Source: Candidatus Omnitrophota bacterium (GTDB lineage Bacteria; Omnitrophota; Gorgyraeia; B26-G9). From it: 64,000 nucleotides of DNA. The notes under the pieces were generated by a model, which saw only the letters and a list, made by a program, of their open reading frames with translations, did no database searches and had not been told where the DNA came from. The stretch lies in assembly GCA_043814605.1 (NCBI GenBank), contig JBDRJV010000007.1:195354-259353 (forward strand), in the 5' to 3' direction. Shown in pieces: positions 1-9,711 of this stretch (within the stretch, counting starts at the first letter, position 1; each line of letters opens with the position of its first letter). Made by a program: the position numbers and the translations under genes.

Positions 1-249
1 CAGGCGCAAGAAGCAGGTTTAAACGTAATTAATGTAAAACCGCTTTTAGAAAAAGACGAAGATTTATATAGACGCTTTAATTTTAAGTTAGAAACTGAAG
101 GGGAATTAAAAAATTTTGGAAAATTTCTCTATAAATTAGATGATTCATCCTATTTGTTTACAATTAAATATGCGCAAATTAATGCGCAGGAACAGGATCA
201 ACCTTTAAAATTTCAATTTCTTTTATCGGTGGCAATTCCTAAGGGCTAA
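1..249 (+). CDS. Type IV pilus assembly protein, PilO-like; 3' fragment, 5' end lies outside the window
   Basis: Frame 1 is open from position 1 to TAA at 247-249 (…LETEGELKNFGKFLYKLDDSSYLFTIKYAQINAQ…). It sits immediately upstream of pilP-like and pilQ genes on the same strand. Identity is inferred mainly from the conserved pilMNOPQ gene order. Confidence 0.4.
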   Translation, partial: QAQEAGLNVINVKPLLEKDEDLYRRFNFKLETEGELKNFGKFLYKLDDSSYLFTIKYAQINAQEQDQPLKFQFLLSVAIPKG

Positions 250-263
250 AGAATGGCAAAGCG

Positions 264-752
264 ATGAGCATAAGCGATCAAACATTAAAAGCTACGGATA
301 TTATAAATCTGATATTCGGAGTGATTGCAGGTATATGCCTGATTATTTTATTCTCTTTTATGTTTTCCGGAACAAAGAATTTAGATATTCTTCAAAACAG
401 CCAGAATAAAAAGGTAGGTGTAAATTTAGAGCTTAAATCTTTTAAGAAACCAATACAATATTATGAACGAATTTTAAGCCGCAGAAGGTTATTTTTAGGG
501 CAGGGATTATCCGAAACGAATAAACCTGCAAGTATTAATACAGAACAATTTAATTTACGTTTTTCTGATTTACAGTTATTAGGGGTTGTTTCCGGGGCAA
601 AAGGACCGCAAGCCATAATTAATGATGCAAAAACCGACCAGTCATACTATTGTTCTGGCAATGAAGAAGTCGGTGGTTTTTATGTTAAAGAAGTGCTTCC
701 GAATAAGGTAATTTTAGAATTAAACGGTGAAAAATTGGAATTAAGATTATGA
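264..752 (+). CDS. Type IV pilus assembly protein PilP-like (single N-terminal TM helix)
   Basis: 162-aa ORF with a hydrophobic N-terminal segment (IINLIFGVIAGICLIILFSF). It lies directly upstream of the secretin gene and its stop overlaps the secretin start, as PilP does. Confidence 0.4.
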   Translation: MSISDQTLKATDIINLIFGVIAGICLIILFSFMFSGTKNLDILQNSQNKKVGVNLELKSFKKPIQYYERILSRRRLFLGQGLSETNKPASINTEQFNLRFSDLQLLGVVSGAKGPQAIINDAKTDQSYYCSGNEEVGGFYVKEVLPNKVILELNGEKLELRL

Positions 753-2374
753 AAAAAATAGATTTTAAAATTTTTAAAATTTTCAAAATAAGTAATGTGA
801 TTGATTACGCAATCCTGTGCATTTTGACTTTTATTTTTATGAATTTATTGTGTCTTGGGGGATTAGATCGTGTTTCGGCGCAGGAACAAGCAGAAAGTGC
901 TAATATCCAAATTAAGCAAAAAATGTTGGGTGATGAAACTGGGGAAAAAAAATTACTGATTGATCTGGATGTAAAAAATATGAGTATTATTGATGTGCTT
1001 AGATTACTTGCCGAACAGGGGCAGGTAAATATTGTGGCCAGCCGTAATGTGCAGGGCAGAGTAAGTGCTAAACTACAGGATGTGACCATAGAACAGGCGT
1101 TAGATGCAATTTTAGAAGCGAATAATTTTATTTTTAAACAGGAAAAAGGAATAATTAAAGTAATTACCCAACAAGATGCTTTGCAGCAAGAACAAACAGA
1201 AAAATTAATCAGCCGGGTTTTTTTCTTGAATAATGTAAAAGCTGCGGATTTAAAGCAGGTTTTAAATTCATTGAAATCTCCTCGTGGCCGCGTGGAAATT
1301 AACACAATTTCAAATCAAATTATTATTACGGATACTGTAGATAAAATTAAGGAGGTTGAGGATTCAATATTGGTTTTAGACCGTAAATTAGTTACGCAAA
1401 TTTATAATTTGAATTATGCACAGGCTAAAGAGATGCAAGTAAAAATTTTAGAAATAATTCCCAAGCAGGAAGGCGAAGTTTTTGTGGATGAGCGAACGAA
1501 TAGTTTAGTGGTCAGGGCTATTCCGGAAACAATTGACAAAATTGATATGCTGGTTAAAAATTGGGATAAGCGTTCGCAGCAGGTTTTAATTGAAGCCAAG
1601 ATTATGGAGATATCTTTGGATAAGTCTTCGGGATTAGGGGTTAATTGGGAATATTTGAGCACTACCGGAGAAGATGCTGTGTCTGTTAGCGGAAGTTTAC
1701 CGGCAAGTATTGCCACCGGAGGCACGTTAAGGGTTGGTACATTATCTAAGGATCAGTATCAGGTAACATTGCAGGCATTGGAAAGTTCAACTGATACAAA
1801 TATTTTATCAAATCCGCGGATTGTAGTTTTAAATAATAATGAAGCAAATATTTTAGTGGGAAGTTCAGAACCCTATTTAGTGACTTATATTGATAAAGAG
1901 ACAAGTACGCAAACTGAGGAGACGAAGTTTATTGATGTGGGCATTAAATTGAATGTTTTGCCGCGGATTAGTGATGATGATTTTATTACTTTAAAAATTC
2001 ACCCAGAAGTAAGTTCCGCCCGTCGTGTGGCGGAAGTTAATAATTCTTTAGCGGTAGATACAACTCAGGCCGATACAACCGTGGTTGTTAAAGATGGTAA
2101 AACTATTGTTTTGGGAGGGTTGATAAAAGACACAGAATCTTTAGTGGAAAGTAAAATTCCTGTGCTCGGGAACATCCCTTTATTGGGAGTATTTTTTCGC
2201 AGCCGAGCGCGTAGTGATGTAAAAAAGGAAATAGTTGTATTTATCACGCCGCATATTATAAAGCAAGATTTTTTTATGGAAGATTATAAAAAAAGAGAAG
2301 ATGCAATGGAGGAAGCTGTTAATAGTGCTTTAAACAAATGGAAAAAATGGGAGGAAATTAATGCTCCGAAGTAA
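749..2374 (+). CDS. pilQ: Type IV pilus secretin PilQ (GspD/PilQ secretin family)
   Basis: 541 aa. C-terminal secretin domain signature (…TTVVVKDGKTIVLGGLIKDTESLVESKIPVLGNIPLLGVFFRSRARSDVKKEIVVFITPHII). N-terminal signal/TM segment and N0/N1-type repeats (…SLVVRAIPETIDKI…). Confidence 0.85.
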   Translation: MKKIDFKIFKIFKISNVIDYAILCILTFIFMNLLCLGGLDRVSAQEQAESANIQIKQKMLGDETGEKKLLIDLDVKNMSIIDVLRLLAEQGQVNIVASRNVQGRVSAKLQDVTIEQALDAILEANNFIFKQEKGIIKVITQQDALQQEQTEKLISRVFFLNNVKAADLKQVLNSLKSPRGRVEINTISNQIIITDTVDKIKEVEDSILVLDRKLVTQIYNLNYAQAKEMQVKILEIIPKQEGEVFVDERTNSLVVRAIPETIDKIDMLVKNWDKRSQQVLIEAKIMEISLDKSSGLGVNWEYLSTTGEDAVSVSGSLPASIATGGTLRVGTLSKDQYQVTLQALESSTDTNILSNPRIVVLNNNEANILVGSSEPYLVTYIDKETSTQTEETKFIDVGIKLNVLPRISDDDFITLKIHPEVSSARRVAEVNNSLAVDTTQADTTVVVKDGKTIVLGGLIKDTESLVESKIPVLGNIPLLGVFFRSRARSDVKKEIVVFITPHIIKQDFFMEDYKKREDAMEEAVNSALNKWKKWEEINAPK

Positions 2375-4901
2375 AGGCGCCTTTCTTTTTTTTTGTTTTT
2401 CTTTAATTTTAATAATAAATATTTTTTTTGCGGGTATTGTTTTTGCGCAGGATGACTTAACGCCAGGTTGTTTTTTAAAGGTTTCTCAAAATTTAATCAG
2501 TGCCCAAATTAAAGATGTTTTAATCACAAAGGTTAACGGGTATGATCGCATTACGATTACCGGTTTAACCAATAGTGCGGCTGCCGGAAAACCGCGGTTA
2601 CCCGTTAAAACGGTTAAATATTTAGTCCCAGCTTCAATGCAGGTAAAAAATATTAGTGTGGCCTGGACAACTAAACAAACAGTTCCCGGTAGTTATCAAA
2701 TTGAGCCAGCGCAAGCTGTATATCCTTTGAGTTATAAAGGGATTATTAAGCCTACCTTGCCGGATGTAACGGTTTACAACTCCTTTTCATCTTATCCTGG
2801 TAAAATTTATGAAATTGTATCTGTTCAAAAATTCAGGGGTTATGAAATTCTAATTATTAATTTATATCCGGTTGAATATATTCCAGCCTTAGGTGCAATT
2901 TCCTATTATAAAAATCTAAACCTGAATGTAGAGCTTGAATCCGGAGTTGATGCTGATTTAATTCCTCTTTTTAGAGCTGCTCGTAAGGATCTTGAGGCAG
3001 TACAAAAAATTGTGGATAATCCTGGGCAAAGTAATACTTATCCGTTAAGTACAAAAAAACCATTAGCTCCGGGTGATGATGTGGATCTTTTGATTATTAC
3101 CAGCCCTGATTTTAAAGCTTATAGCGGAACGAATAGTTTAAGTGTTTTAGAAACGCACAAAGAATCATTAGGGGTGCAGACAAAGATTATTGATACAGCA
3201 TGGATTTATACAAACTATGCGGGAGCGGATAATCAGACTCGGATTCGTAATTGTATTAGTGATTACTATACTAACAGTGGAATAGAATACGTTCTTTTAG
3301 CCGGAGATAGTGATGGTAATTTTACAGATACAGTTGCGAGTGATGAAAGACAAGCTTATAATGATTCTAACCGTATTCCGCACCGGGGTTTTTATGCTGC
3401 ATATTCTACAGAGCTTGATTTAAATATTCCGGCAGATATGTATTATGGCTGTCTTGACGGAGACTTTAATTATAATGGGAATACGGTTTACGGAGAAACT
3501 AGTGATGGGCCTGGCGGGGGAGATGTGGATTTAATTGCCGAAGTTTATGTAGGCCGGGCTCCGGTTGATTCCACAACGGAGTTAGCCAATTTTGTCAAGA
3601 AAACTATTGCGTATGAAAATGCAACGGGCGCTTATTTAAATTCTGCTTGTTTTGTGGGAGAGTTTCTCTACGATATTTATAACACTTATGGTAAAAGTTA
3701 TATGGAAGAATTAAAAAATGGTTCTAGTGCTAATGGATATAGTACAGTAGGTATTAATGGCAGCGGATATTTTTCTTTTAATTCTCTCTACGATCAGGAT
3801 AGATCCTGGGATAAGGCAGAATTATCGGCGATTATTAATAATGGTGTGCATGTGATTAATCAAGTAGGGCATGCGACAAATACCTCTTTTGCGGCGTATA
3901 AAGGTTTTGCAAACTATGATGTTGATGTTTTAACAAATACGGATTATTTTTTTGGTTTTACGCAAGGATGTTATTCTGGGGCATTTGATAATCGTAATAG
4001 TAATTTAAATTATGAATCCGATGATTGTGTTTTAGAGCATTTTGTTAGCGAGCCGGCCGGTGCTTTTGCGTTTATTGGTAATTCCCGTTACGGCTGGTAT
4101 GAGCCGGGCGGTACAGATGGGCCTTCGCAGCTTTACCAGCGAGAATTCTGGGATGCAGTGTTTAAAGAGGGTTTTAAAAATATTGGCCGGGCCTTGGCTG
4201 ATGCCAAGGAAGATAATATTGGAGTGATTAATGCCAACGGAGCAAATCGTTGGAGTTATTTTGAAACTAATCTTTTGGGTGATCCCCAAACCCCTTTAAA
4301 CATAGAGGTTTTATCACCGCGAAATTTTACTGCTTCGAATATCAATTTTTCTAATTCTAGCTGGGTAAGTTTAACCTGGCAAAATCCGCAAAAGTCAGAT
4401 TTTTCACAGATAATGATCCGCTATCGTACAGATGGTGTTTATCCGGCGAATTCTACAGACGGTACTTTGCTCTGCTCTAAAGCTGCAACTGCGGGTGTAT
4501 TGGATAGTTTTAATCATCAAGCTATTAGTGCTAATACAACCTATAATTATGCAGGATTTGGTTATAATGGCATTATTTATGAAGGCAATGGTTCGGCGAA
4601 TAATCGGGCTAATTTAACCACGGTAGGTGCAGGTAGTGATGATTCCTCTCGCAGTAATTGTTTTGTAGCTACAGCGTGTTATGGGGATGAAAATGCTCCG
4701 GATGTGATTACTCTAAAAAATTTTAGGGATAATTTTTTAATAAAATTTTATGCAGGAAAAAAAATTATTAGTGCTTATTATTTGTTCGGACCGTATTTAG
4801 CTGATTTTATCCGGGAGAAGCAAGGGATTAAAAAATCGGTTAGCTTGTGCCTTAAACCTGTAGTTTTTGTTAGTAATCTTTTGATAGGAGGATGCCAATA
4901 A
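2361..4901 (+). CDS. Secreted peptidase C25 (gingipain-like) family protein with FN3-like region and Cys-rich hydrophobic C-terminal tail (CFI-box-like)
   Basis: 846 aa with a signal peptide (MLRSKGAFLFFCFSLILIINIFFAGIVFAQDD). Putative catalytic His (VINQVGHATNT) and Cys (FTQGCYSGAFD) lie ~33 residues apart, as in C25/gingipain. The C-terminus reads CFVATACYGDENAPDVITLKNFRDNFL…. The start overlaps the pilQ stop by 14 nt. Confidence 0.6.
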   Translation: MLRSKGAFLFFCFSLILIINIFFAGIVFAQDDLTPGCFLKVSQNLISAQIKDVLITKVNGYDRITITGLTNSAAAGKPRLPVKTVKYLVPASMQVKNISVAWTTKQTVPGSYQIEPAQAVYPLSYKGIIKPTLPDVTVYNSFSSYPGKIYEIVSVQKFRGYEILIINLYPVEYIPALGAISYYKNLNLNVELESGVDADLIPLFRAARKDLEAVQKIVDNPGQSNTYPLSTKKPLAPGDDVDLLIITSPDFKAYSGTNSLSVLETHKESLGVQTKIIDTAWIYTNYAGADNQTRIRNCISDYYTNSGIEYVLLAGDSDGNFTDTVASDERQAYNDSNRIPHRGFYAAYSTELDLNIPADMYYGCLDGDFNYNGNTVYGETSDGPGGGDVDLIAEVYVGRAPVDSTTELANFVKKTIAYENATGAYLNSACFVGEFLYDIYNTYGKSYMEELKNGSSANGYSTVGINGSGYFSFNSLYDQDRSWDKAELSAIINNGVHVINQVGHATNTSFAAYKGFANYDVDVLTNTDYFFGFTQGCYSGAFDNRNSNLNYESDDCVLEHFVSEPAGAFAFIGNSRYGWYEPGGTDGPSQLYQREFWDAVFKEGFKNIGRALADAKEDNIGVINANGANRWSYFETNLLGDPQTPLNIEVLSPRNFTASNINFSNSSWVSLTWQNPQKSDFSQIMIRYRTDGVYPANSTDGTLLCSKAATAGVLDSFNHQAISANTTYNYAGFGYNGIIYEGNGSANNRANLTTVGAGSDDSSRSNCFVATACYGDENAPDVITLKNFRDNFLIKFYAGKKIISAYYLFGPYLADFIREKQGIKKSVSLCLKPVVFVSNLLIGGCQ

Positions 4902-5884
4902 TGAAGCAAGGTTGTTGGTTTTTTTATATTCGCTGTATGTTTAGTTTTTTTATAATTTTGTTTACATTTACAAGTTTTAGTTATGCTTCTGAAGGCGGTG
5001 CGCGCCCGACATCTATGGGTGGTGCGTATGTTGCGATTTCTGATGATGTACACGCAGCGAGTTGGAATCCAGCCGGTCTGGGTTGGCAGAGAGATCGGGA
5101 AATTTCTTATTCGGGAATAATAAATTGCCGGGATGATTATATCACGGGTGATTTTATTAGTGATGACTATCTAGCTTATGCGCAGCCAATCGAATTTGGC
5201 GTAAGCAATGATGTTAATCCGTACGGCGGAATTGGTTTTTATTTTCATAATAATAACTATAGTTCGAGTACAGTCAAAACTTCTTTATGGCAGCCGGGAA
5301 TTGCTTATGGCCGAAGATTTTCGTCGTATGAAAATATGGGATGGGGAATTGCTTTAAATTATTATATGTTTGATTCTCAAATTCCCGGGCAAACAACTGC
5401 AGATGAGGCAATTTCGTTTAACCTGGGATATTTATGGTATTTAAATAATCAGCTCACATTAGGTTTGCTTTGTGAAAATGTGAATGAGCCGACCTATACG
5501 GTTCATGGAATTACTAATCGGTTGATTCGAGTAATGCGTCCGGGAATGGCCTATTATTTTAGTGATAATACGCTGATGAGTTTTGATATTTATGATTTAA
5601 CCGGGAATACGAGTGGTCGAGGCGGCGATTACAGTCAAAATTTACGGCTGGGATTTGAGCATTATTTTACAGATGAAATTTCTGTGCGTTTAGGAGTACA
5701 TCATCCTAACTCTAAAGTTGATGCAAGTAAGTTTTACAGCCTAGGATTAGGGCTAATGCATGCGGATTTTTTGAGCCTTTATCCTGTAACTTATTATATA
5801 GACTACACTTTTATATATTGGCAGGATCCGGTGGCTGGCTTTGAGGATTACACCCACCAGCTGGGACTGATAATAAGGTTTTAA
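4892..5884 (+). CDS. Outer-membrane beta-barrel protein, PorV/PorQ-like (putative)
   Basis: 330 aa with a signal peptide. The N-terminal motif SEGGARPTSMGGAYVAISDDVHAASWNPAGLGW resembles the PorV/LptO-family N-terminus. The protein is rich in aromatic/Gly beta-strand-like segments and ends in an aromatic residue (…LIIRF). It overlaps the C25 peptidase gene end by 10 nt. Confidence 0.4.
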   Translation: MPIMKQGCWFFYIRCMFSFFIILFTFTSFSYASEGGARPTSMGGAYVAISDDVHAASWNPAGLGWQRDREISYSGIINCRDDYITGDFISDDYLAYAQPIEFGVSNDVNPYGGIGFYFHNNNYSSSTVKTSLWQPGIAYGRRFSSYENMGWGIALNYYMFDSQIPGQTTADEAISFNLGYLWYLNNQLTLGLLCENVNEPTYTVHGITNRLIRVMRPGMAYYFSDNTLMSFDIYDLTGNTSGRGGDYSQNLRLGFEHYFTDEISVRLGVHHPNSKVDASKFYSLGLGLMHADFLSLYPVTYYIDYTFIYWQDPVAGFEDYTHQLGLIIRF

Positions 5885-5920
5885 TTTAATAAAGACTATA
5901 CGTATATTTTTGCTCTTTTC

Positions 5921-5949
5921 TTGACTTAACATTATACATATGATATACT
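5921..5949 (+). promoter_or_regulatory. Sigma70-type promoter (TTGACT-17-TATACT)
   Basis: -35 TTGACT at 5921-5926, a 17-nt spacer, -10 TATACT at 5944-5949. It lies upstream of the small ORF 6034-6243. Confidence 0.45.
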
Positions 5950-6033
5950 TCAAGTAGAGGGTAATTTTTTTTACAAACTATCTAAATACTTTTATAATCT
6001 TATTAGTATGATCAAGTTAAAAGAGATAATGCC

Positions 6034-6243
6034 ATGAACGAAATAAAGTCAAATAATTTATTTATTCAACGCAGGTTTCAGGTTCAAAAAGAAATCGGAT
6101 CAAAAAATTTTAATTTGATCGGGTCTTTATACATTGCCTACTATTTTTATGTAAAAGAAGAATTATATGTATCTAAGTATGCGATTTGTGTTAAGATTAT
6201 AAAAACTGAAGCTCAAATTAAAGAATTACTTATGAAACAATAA
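6034..6243 (+). CDS. Hypothetical small protein (69 aa)
   Basis: ORF between a consensus promoter (5921-5949) and an intrinsic terminator (6268-6297). No recognisable domain; weak RBS. Confidence 0.3.
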   Translation: MNEIKSNNLFIQRRFQVQKEIGSKNFNLIGSLYIAYYFYVKEELYVSKYAICVKIIKTEAQIKELLMKQ

Positions 6244-6267
6244 ATTTTTATTTAAACAATTATTAAT

Positions 6268-6297
6268 AAAGCTCCTCTAATTGAGGAGCTTTTTTAT
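6268..6297 (+). terminator. Rho-independent terminator
   Basis: Hairpin AAGCTCCTC-TAATT-GAGGAGCTT followed by a T-run (6290-6296). Confidence 0.6.
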
Positions 6298-6326
6298 TTG
6301 ACATTATTGCCTAAATCTAGTAAAAT
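6298..6326 (+). promoter_or_regulatory. Sigma70-type promoter (TTGACA-17-TAAAAT)
   Basis: -35 TTGACA at 6298-6303, a 17-nt spacer, -10 TAAAAT at 6321-6326. It lies ~50 nt upstream of the M16 peptidase start. Confidence 0.5.
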
Positions 6327-6377
6327 TAATAAATTAAGTAATTTTTTTTAAAAATTCATGCCTATTTTGTTAAAACC

Positions 6378-7682
6378 ATGTATAAAATCAGTAAACTTGA
6401 AAATGATGTACGGATTGCAACATATTTAATGCCAAAAATGCAGACTGCGGCAATTGGAGTATGGGTCTATGTAGGAGGCCGGGATGAATTAAAGGAAAAA
6501 AACGGCATTTCCCATTTTATTGAACATTTGGCTTTTAAGGGGACAAACAAGCGCTCAATGCTTCAAATTAAAGCCGCGGTTGAAGGAATAGGCGGCGTAC
6601 TTAATGCATTTACTACGGAAGAACTAACGTGCTATTTGGCTAAAGTTTCGGGAAAGCATGCTGAGCAAACGACAGAAGTTCTTTTGGATTTAGTCTTAAA
6701 TTGCCAGTGTAAAAATAAAGATATTAAAAAGGAAAGAAATGTTATTTTTGAAGAAATAAAAATGTATTCGGATTTACCGCAGCATTTGGCATTTGATAAA
6801 TTATTAAAGCTGCTTTGGCCGGATCATGCTTTAGGCCGGAATTTAACGGGAAGTTTTCAAACTTTGAATAATTTAACACGTAAAGATATCATCCGGTTTA
6901 AAGGACATTACTACAGAGCAGAGAATATGTTAATTACTGCCTGCGGCTGCTTAAATCATGTGAAAGTTGTAAAAGTTATAAATAAATTTTTTGCTAGTAA
7001 TCCGGAGCTAAATAAAAATAGAAATGAAGGAAATGAGAAGTTTATAAAAAATATTATTAAAGTAAAAGAGTCACAAAAAAAAGCACAGTTGCAAATTTTC
7101 CGTAAAGATACTCAGCAAACCCATCTTTGTTTTGGCCTGCGTGCTTTAAAAAAAAATGATCCGCGTGAATATGTACTCACATTAATGCATATAATTTTGG
7201 GGGCAAATATGTCGAGTCGGTTATTTAATGAATTACGGGAAAAAAAAGGTTATGCTTACGATATTGGTACGGGTATTAAAAAATTTTCTGATACCGGAGC
7301 TTTTTTTATTCATGCCGGTGTTGTGAATAAATACGCGGAGCGTGTTTGTGAAATCATTTTGAAACAGTTGACTAAATTAAAAAACGTTCTGGTCCCAGGG
7401 GAAGAGCTGCAAAGAGCTAAGGAATTTTATTTTGGACAAATGTTAATGACATTGGAAGATCCGCTGGAGCGGATGGTTTGGCAGGGTGAAAATATTTTAA
7501 AAACCGGTAAAGCAAAAACAACCCGGGAAATAATTAACAAGGCTAAAAAAGTTAGCGCAGCGGAAATACGTAAATTAGCAAAATCAATCTTTATTAATGA
7601 TGCGTTGAATTTATCGATTGTCGGTCCGGTAAAAAATAGTCAATCTCAACGCATTAATGAACTTTTGAAAGGATTTAATTAA
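6378..7682 (+). CDS. M16 family zinc metallopeptidase (pitrilysin/insulinase-like)
   Basis: 434 aa; inverted zinc-binding motif HxxEH present (GISHFIEHLAFKGT). Confidence 0.85.
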   Translation: MYKISKLENDVRIATYLMPKMQTAAIGVWVYVGGRDELKEKNGISHFIEHLAFKGTNKRSMLQIKAAVEGIGGVLNAFTTEELTCYLAKVSGKHAEQTTEVLLDLVLNCQCKNKDIKKERNVIFEEIKMYSDLPQHLAFDKLLKLLWPDHALGRNLTGSFQTLNNLTRKDIIRFKGHYYRAENMLITACGCLNHVKVVKVINKFFASNPELNKNRNEGNEKFIKNIIKVKESQKKAQLQIFRKDTQQTHLCFGLRALKKNDPREYVLTLMHIILGANMSSRLFNELREKKGYAYDIGTGIKKFSDTGAFFIHAGVVNKYAERVCEIILKQLTKLKNVLVPGEELQRAKEFYFGQMLMTLEDPLERMVWQGENILKTGKAKTTREIINKAKKVSAAEIRKLAKSIFINDALNLSIVGPVKNSQSQRINELLKGFN

Positions 7683-7684
7683 TC

Positions 7685-8335
7685 ATGAAGAGACCTTTAA
7701 TTGCTCCGTCAATCTTATCGGCTGATTTTTGCTGCTTGGCAGCAGAAGTAAAGAGTGTAGAAAAAATTGGAGTGGACATGCTCCATGTTGATGTTATGGA
7801 TGGCCATTATGTGCCGAATATTACCATCGGGCCCGCAGTTGTGGCGGCTTTGAAAAAAAGAACAAAAGTTCCTTTAGATGTACATTTGATGATTGAAAAT
7901 CCATTATTTTTTTTAGACGATTTTATGAAAGCAGGTAGTTCCATAATCACTATACATATTGAGGCTTGCTCTTTAAATACAATAAAAAAAATCAGTCAAA
8001 AACTCAAAAAAGCAAAAATTAAAATGGGAATTAGCCTGAATCCTGAAACTCCGTTAAAAAAGATTAAAAAAACCCTTAGCTATGCGGATTTAATTTTAGT
8101 AATGAGTGTTAACCCTGGATTTGGCGGACAGTCGTTTATGCCGGTTGTGTTAGCTAAAATTAAAGCGTTACGGAAAATATTCAAGGGAGATATTGAGGTT
8201 GACGGCGGGATTACAGAAAAAACTGCAAAGCTTGTTTGCGCCTGCGGTGCGAATATTCTTGTTGCGGGTTCGTATATTTTTAATGCTAAAAATAGAAAAG
8301 CGGCAATAAATAGGTTAAAAAAATGCAAGCAATAA
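7685..8335 (+). CDS. rpe: Ribulose-phosphate 3-epimerase
   Basis: 216 aa; N-terminus IAPSILSADF…LHVDVMDGHYVPNITIGP and VMSVNPGFGGQSF are typical Rpe motifs. Confidence 0.9.
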   Translation: MKRPLIAPSILSADFCCLAAEVKSVEKIGVDMLHVDVMDGHYVPNITIGPAVVAALKKRTKVPLDVHLMIENPLFFLDDFMKAGSSIITIHIEACSLNTIKKISQKLKKAKIKMGISLNPETPLKKIKKTLSYADLILVMSVNPGFGGQSFMPVVLAKIKALRKIFKGDIEVDGGITEKTAKLVCACGANILVAGSYIFNAKNRKAAINRLKKCKQ

Positions 8336-9699
8336 AATTTGGTACAGACGGATTTAGAGGCATTATTGCGGATAATTTTACTTTTGAAAATGTAGAAAAA
8401 ATTGCTACGGCATTTGGACTTTATTTGCTCCAATGCAGAAACCCTAAGCTAATAAGGGGTGTGCTTATTGGCTATGACCGGCGTTTTTTATCTCAGGAGT
8501 TTGCCCAGGCTTTTGCGGATATTTTAGTGAATTTAGGTATCAATGTTCTACTAAGTGAAGAACCGGTGCCTACGCCTGCGGTAAGTTATTTTATCCGGAA
8601 AAATAAATTATTCTGCGGTGTAGTCATCACGGCCAGCCATAACCCGGCAAGTTTTAACGGTGTTAAAATTAAGAATGAATTCGGCGCATCAGTAGAGAGT
8701 AATGTTACTAAAGAAATAGAAAGAATAATAAGCAAAAATATAAATCCTAATTTTAAAGTAAAAATTTGTGGCAAAATAAAAAAAGTTAGAATTACAGATG
8801 ATTATGTCAGTTTTATAAAACGATATTTAAATATACCATTATTGAAAAAATTTCGGTATAAAATTGTAGTCGATAATATGCACGGAGTTGGAGCAGGTAT
8901 TATTGAAAAAATATTAAAAGATACTCCGATTAAAATTGAGAGCATTAGGAATTACAGAGATGTTCTTTTCGGCAGTGTGAACCCTGAGCCGATCGAGAAA
9001 AATTTAGGATTTTTACACAAGTTTATAAAAACCCATAAGTGTGATTTGGCTATTGCCTTAGACGGAGATGCAGACAGAATTGGCGCAATGAGCGCAAGCG
9101 GTCATTTTATTAGTTCGCATCAAGCAATTTGTTTATTATTACTGCATTTGATTGAAAATAAAAAATTCACCGGCAAAGTAGTAAAAAGTATTAATACAAC
9201 AACTATGGTTGATAAAATTACACGGTTTTACGGATTAGAACAAGAAGAGGTTCCAGTAGGATTTAAGTATATTGCGATAAAAATGTTAAAAGAAAATGTT
9301 TTGCTGGGAGGGGAAGAGTCCGGTGGAATTGGATTTAAAAATTATATGCCGGAGCGCGATGGGGTTCTTTCGGGGTTATTACTGCTAGAATTAATGGCGT
9401 ATAAAAGAAAATCAATAATTCAGATAATACGTGAAATGGAAAAAAAATTCGGCCGGTTTGTATATTTACGGCGCGATTTAAAAATTAATACGGTAAAAAA
9501 AATAAAACACCCTAAATTAATAAACGGTAAAAAGGTAGTTGAAATTAAAACTTATGATGGAACAAAGTTTATTTTGAATGATGAAAGCTGGCTTTTAATC
9601 CGTGCTTCCGGCACAGAGCCAATTGTCAGAATCTATGCAGAATCAGGGAATCTAATCAGCACAAAACAATTAATTAATTTTGGCGGTAATTTATTATAA
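8323..9699 (+). CDS. Phosphoglucomutase/phosphomannomutase family protein
   Basis: 458 aa; active-site loop TASHNP (GVVITASHNPASFNGVKI) and the Mg-binding DGDADR motif are present. Confidence 0.8.
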   Translation: MQAIKFGTDGFRGIIADNFTFENVEKIATAFGLYLLQCRNPKLIRGVLIGYDRRFLSQEFAQAFADILVNLGINVLLSEEPVPTPAVSYFIRKNKLFCGVVITASHNPASFNGVKIKNEFGASVESNVTKEIERIISKNINPNFKVKICGKIKKVRITDDYVSFIKRYLNIPLLKKFRYKIVVDNMHGVGAGIIEKILKDTPIKIESIRNYRDVLFGSVNPEPIEKNLGFLHKFIKTHKCDLAIALDGDADRIGAMSASGHFISSHQAICLLLLHLIENKKFTGKVVKSINTTTMVDKITRFYGLEQEEVPVGFKYIAIKMLKENVLLGGEESGGIGFKNYMPERDGVLSGLLLLELMAYKRKSIIQIIREMEKKFGRFVYLRRDLKINTVKKIKHPKLINGKKVVEIKTYDGTKFILNDESWLLIRASGTEPIVRIYAESGNLISTKQLINFGGNLL

Positions 9700-9711
9700 A
9701 ATTTTAAGGAT

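Noticed and set aside
5956-6297. RNase P RNA-sized transcript
   Set aside because: It lacks every conserved RNase P block (for example GGAAAGUCCGG and ACAGAAxCCGGCUUA) and is too AT-rich to form the conserved core.
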